From: Gemmatimonadaceae bacterium
GTDB lineage: Bacteria; Gemmatimonadota; Gemmatimonadetes; Gemmatimonadales; Gemmatimonadaceae
DNA length: 64,000 bases
Assembly (NCBI GenBank): GCA_051859245.1
Contig: JBHYGA010000005.1
Span: 667,527 to 731,526, forward strand
Reading direction: 5' to 3'
This document shows positions 61,666-64,000 of the stretch, one piece after another; the stretch's first letter is position 1; the number at the start of each line of letters is the position of its first letter. The notes under the pieces were generated by a model, which did no database searches, had not been told where the DNA came from, and was given only the letters and a program-made list of their open reading frames with translations. Both the position numbers and the translations under genes were made by a program.

Positions 61666-63900
61666 ATGACCCATTCCATCATGCGTTCCGTTGCGGGCGC
61701 ATCCCTGCTGCTGCTCGCTACCTCGCCCGCGTTCGCTCAAAGCGCGCGTGGCGCGCAACAGGCAAGCGCCGCGGCACCTGCACCCCGTGCCATGCAACTG
61801 CGCGACTGGTATCGCGTACAGACCCTCTCGCAGCCCGCCATGTCGCCCGATGGCAAGCTGGTGGCGTTCACCGTGACCAGCGTGCGCGAGTCCGAGAACA
61901 AACGCCACCAGGAGGTCTGGGTGGTGCCCACGGCCGGAGGTGATCCGGTGCGCTACACATCGCCGAGCACGGAGAGTTCAAATCCGCGCTTCACTCCCGA
62001 CGGCAAATACTTGCAGTTCAGCAGCACGCGTCCCGGCGGCAAGGGCAATACGTGGGTGCTGCGCATGGATGCGCCCGGTGGCGAGGCCACACAGGTGGAG
62101 ACGATTCCGAGTGGCTCGTTTCCACGTGACGGTTCGTTTGCGGTGTTCACCGGTCCCGCCGCACAGCGCGATTCTGCGCCGGCGCGCACAAATGATCCGT
62201 ACGCGCGCATGCAGGCGCCAGCACGTCCGCCCATGAACTCCATCACGCGTCCGCTTGATCCAGCGCGTTTTGATGGACGGCAATATGTGGAAATGCCGAT
62301 CAAGTCGAACGGTGTAGGTTACATCGCGAATCCGCGTGAGGCGCGCGTGATTCGTCCCGCGCAGTTGTGGCGACAGAACATGGGCGACACGTCGCGCACC
62401 ATGCTCACGTCCACTGTGTATTCGCATCGGAGCCCGGTGGTCTCGCCAGATGGCCGGTGGATTGCGTTTGTTGCCGACGCGCGGTTGCGTGCGGATTCGC
62501 TCGTGCAGGCCGAGCAGGATTCGATTCGTAAGCTGCCGTACAGCCGCGAGCGTGATGACGAAGTGCGCAATGACGCCGACATCTACGTGATACCAGTGGC
62601 CGGTGGCACGCCGCGCAAAGTGACGGAGTGGACGGGCGGTGAATCGTCGCTCACATGGTCTCCAGACAGCCGGCAGATTGCGTTTGTGGGACGCGCGGCT
62701 CGCACGACCAACGCGCGCCTGTACGTGGTGAACGCGACTGGTGGTACGCCGGTGAATGTGGTCGGGAATTTTCAGTATGAGCCGGAGAGCATGGAGTGGA
62801 TGCCGAGTGGCGTGTTGCAGTTTGAGGCAACCAAAGGTGGCAGCACGTCGGTGTATCGCGCCGATCTCACCGGCAAGAGTGCGCCGCGCGAAATCGTGAC
62901 GGGCCGTCGTCGCATTAACGGTACGTCGTACGACGCGGCCGGACGCAGCATGGCGTTTGTGGCCACGAGCCTCGCCAAGCCGACCGAGCTGTTCATTGCC
63001 AATGCTGATGGCAGTGGGGAACGTAAACTCACCAATCTCAACGCCGATCTGAACAAGGAAGTCGCGTGGAGCGATGGTGAACGCTTCACGTACAAGGGCA
63101 TCGGCGATGTTGAGATTGAAGGCTGGCTGATGAAGCCGTACGGCTACGAAGCGGGTAAAAAATATCCGCTTGTGCTCTACATTCACGGCGGTCCGCACTC
63201 AGCGTACGGCGAGAACTGGTTTGACGAGTTTCAGAATCTTGCCGCGGCCGGCATGTGGGTGTTGTTCACCAATCCGCGTGGCTCCTCAGGATACGGCGCG
63301 GAGTTCACGTACAGCACGCGCGGTCGCTGGTTCGCCGAAGACTATGACGATCTCATGCGCGCGGTGGACATCGCCGCCAAGCGTCCCGACGTGGACAGCA
63401 CGCGCATGGGTGTAACCGGTGGATCGTATGGTGGTGTGATGACGGCGTGGGTGACCGCGAAGACGAATCGATTCAAAGCGGCGCAGGCGGACCGCATGAT
63501 TTCAAATTGGTGGTCGTGGTACGGGTCGTCAGACGCGCAGGGGCTCACCGAGTTCGAGTTCTACGGTTCGCCGTGGGACAACCCGATCATGTACGACACG
63601 CTTTCGCCGATTCGCTACATCCCCAACGTGAAAACGCCCACGTTGATCGTGCAGAGCGAAGAAGATTTCCGTACGCCGATGACGGACGCCGAGCAGTGGT
63701 TCCTTGGGCTGAAAAAGTTCAACGTGCCGGTGGAGTTGGTGCGGTACCCGCGTTCGAATCACGATCTGTCGCGCACGGGTGAGCCGTGGTTGCTCGTTGA
63801 CCGGCTTGGTCGTTTGCGGCAGTGGTTCGGGTTCTGGTTGCAGGATAAGAAGCCTGAGGATCCTGCGGCGGTGCGGGCGGGTGCGGTGTCGGGGCGGTGA
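61666..63900 (+). CDS. S9-family (acylaminoacyl/dipeptidyl) peptidase
   Basis: Signal peptide (AFA-Q), SPDG propeller repeats, IHGGPH, NPRGS.GYG, GGSYGG, EEDFR, YPRSNH. Confidence 0.94.
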   Translation: MTHSIMRSVAGASLLLLATSPAFAQSARGAQQASAAAPAPRAMQLRDWYRVQTLSQPAMSPDGKLVAFTVTSVRESENKRHQEVWVVPTAGGDPVRYTSPSTESSNPRFTPDGKYLQFSSTRPGGKGNTWVLRMDAPGGEATQVETIPSGSFPRDGSFAVFTGPAAQRDSAPARTNDPYARMQAPARPPMNSITRPLDPARFDGRQYVEMPIKSNGVGYIANPREARVIRPAQLWRQNMGDTSRTMLTSTVYSHRSPVVSPDGRWIAFVADARLRADSLVQAEQDSIRKLPYSRERDDEVRNDADIYVIPVAGGTPRKVTEWTGGESSLTWSPDSRQIAFVGRAARTTNARLYVVNATGGTPVNVVGNFQYEPESMEWMPSGVLQFEATKGGSTSVYRADLTGKSAPREIVTGRRRINGTSYDAAGRSMAFVATSLAKPTELFIANADGSGERKLTNLNADLNKEVAWSDGERFTYKGIGDVEIEGWLMKPYGYEAGKKYPLVLYIHGGPHSAYGENWFDEFQNLAAAGMWVLFTNPRGSSGYGAEFTYSTRGRWFAEDYDDLMRAVDIAAKRPDVDSTRMGVTGGSYGGVMTAWVTAKTNRFKAAQADRMISNWWSWYGSSDAQGLTEFEFYGSPWDNPIMYDTLSPIRYIPNVKTPTLIVQSEEDFRTPMTDAEQWFLGLKKFNVPVELVRYPRSNHDLSRTGEPWLLVDRLGRLRQWFGFWLQDKKPEDPAAVRAGAVSGR

Positions 63901-63927
63901 TTTGCGCTCACCACTAGCACGCTAAAA

Positions 63928-64000
63928 AGCATTAACGCAGAGGCGCAGAGGCGCGGAGACTGCATGCGATGACGAAGGTCGTATTCGCATGCAGTCTCCG
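63928..64000. repeat. Palindromic repeat element, copy 3 (cut by window end)
   Basis: GCATTAACGCAGAGGCGCAGAGGCGCGGAGACTGCATG matches the copy-2 left arm; perfect 16-bp IR 63954-63969 / 63985-64000. Confidence 0.85.

Overview
High-GC bacterial chromosomal window. Gene content (SusC/SusD pair, plug-only TonB-type protein, Minf_1886, many secreted peptidases) suggests Gemmatimonadota; this is an inference. 1-24 kb is almost all plus-strand: thrS-GGDEF, a hydrolase/SBP56-like propeller/multicopper oxidase module, an acyl-CoA/amino-acid dehydrogenase operon running into rpiB-glyA, nnr, thiL, plsC-like, eno, ftsB and two tRNA-Met genes. 24-39 kb is accessory and holds the most interesting signals. 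These are a cluster of six DnaA-box-like 9-mers plus an IHF-like site (31411-31604) with no dnaA nearby; a four-gene operon of three different amide-bond ligases plus a gamma-glutamyl hydrolase directly downstream; a helical protein ending in a clamp-binding-like motif upstream; long palindromic repeat elements; and an ankyrin/Clp-N gene whose leader can fold into SD-sequestering or SD-free alternatives. 39-53 kb holds a glycogen cluster (glgP, glgA, two GH57) divergent from thrABC. 53-64 kb holds ChaN, SusC/SusD, M28 and S9 peptidases and an unannotated 21-codon ORF behind a 13-nt match to the 16S rRNA 3' end. No CRISPR, rRNA gene, integrase or transposase was seen. All protein calls rest on motif recognition by eye, not database searches, and several start codons were moved downstream of the ORF-track starts.
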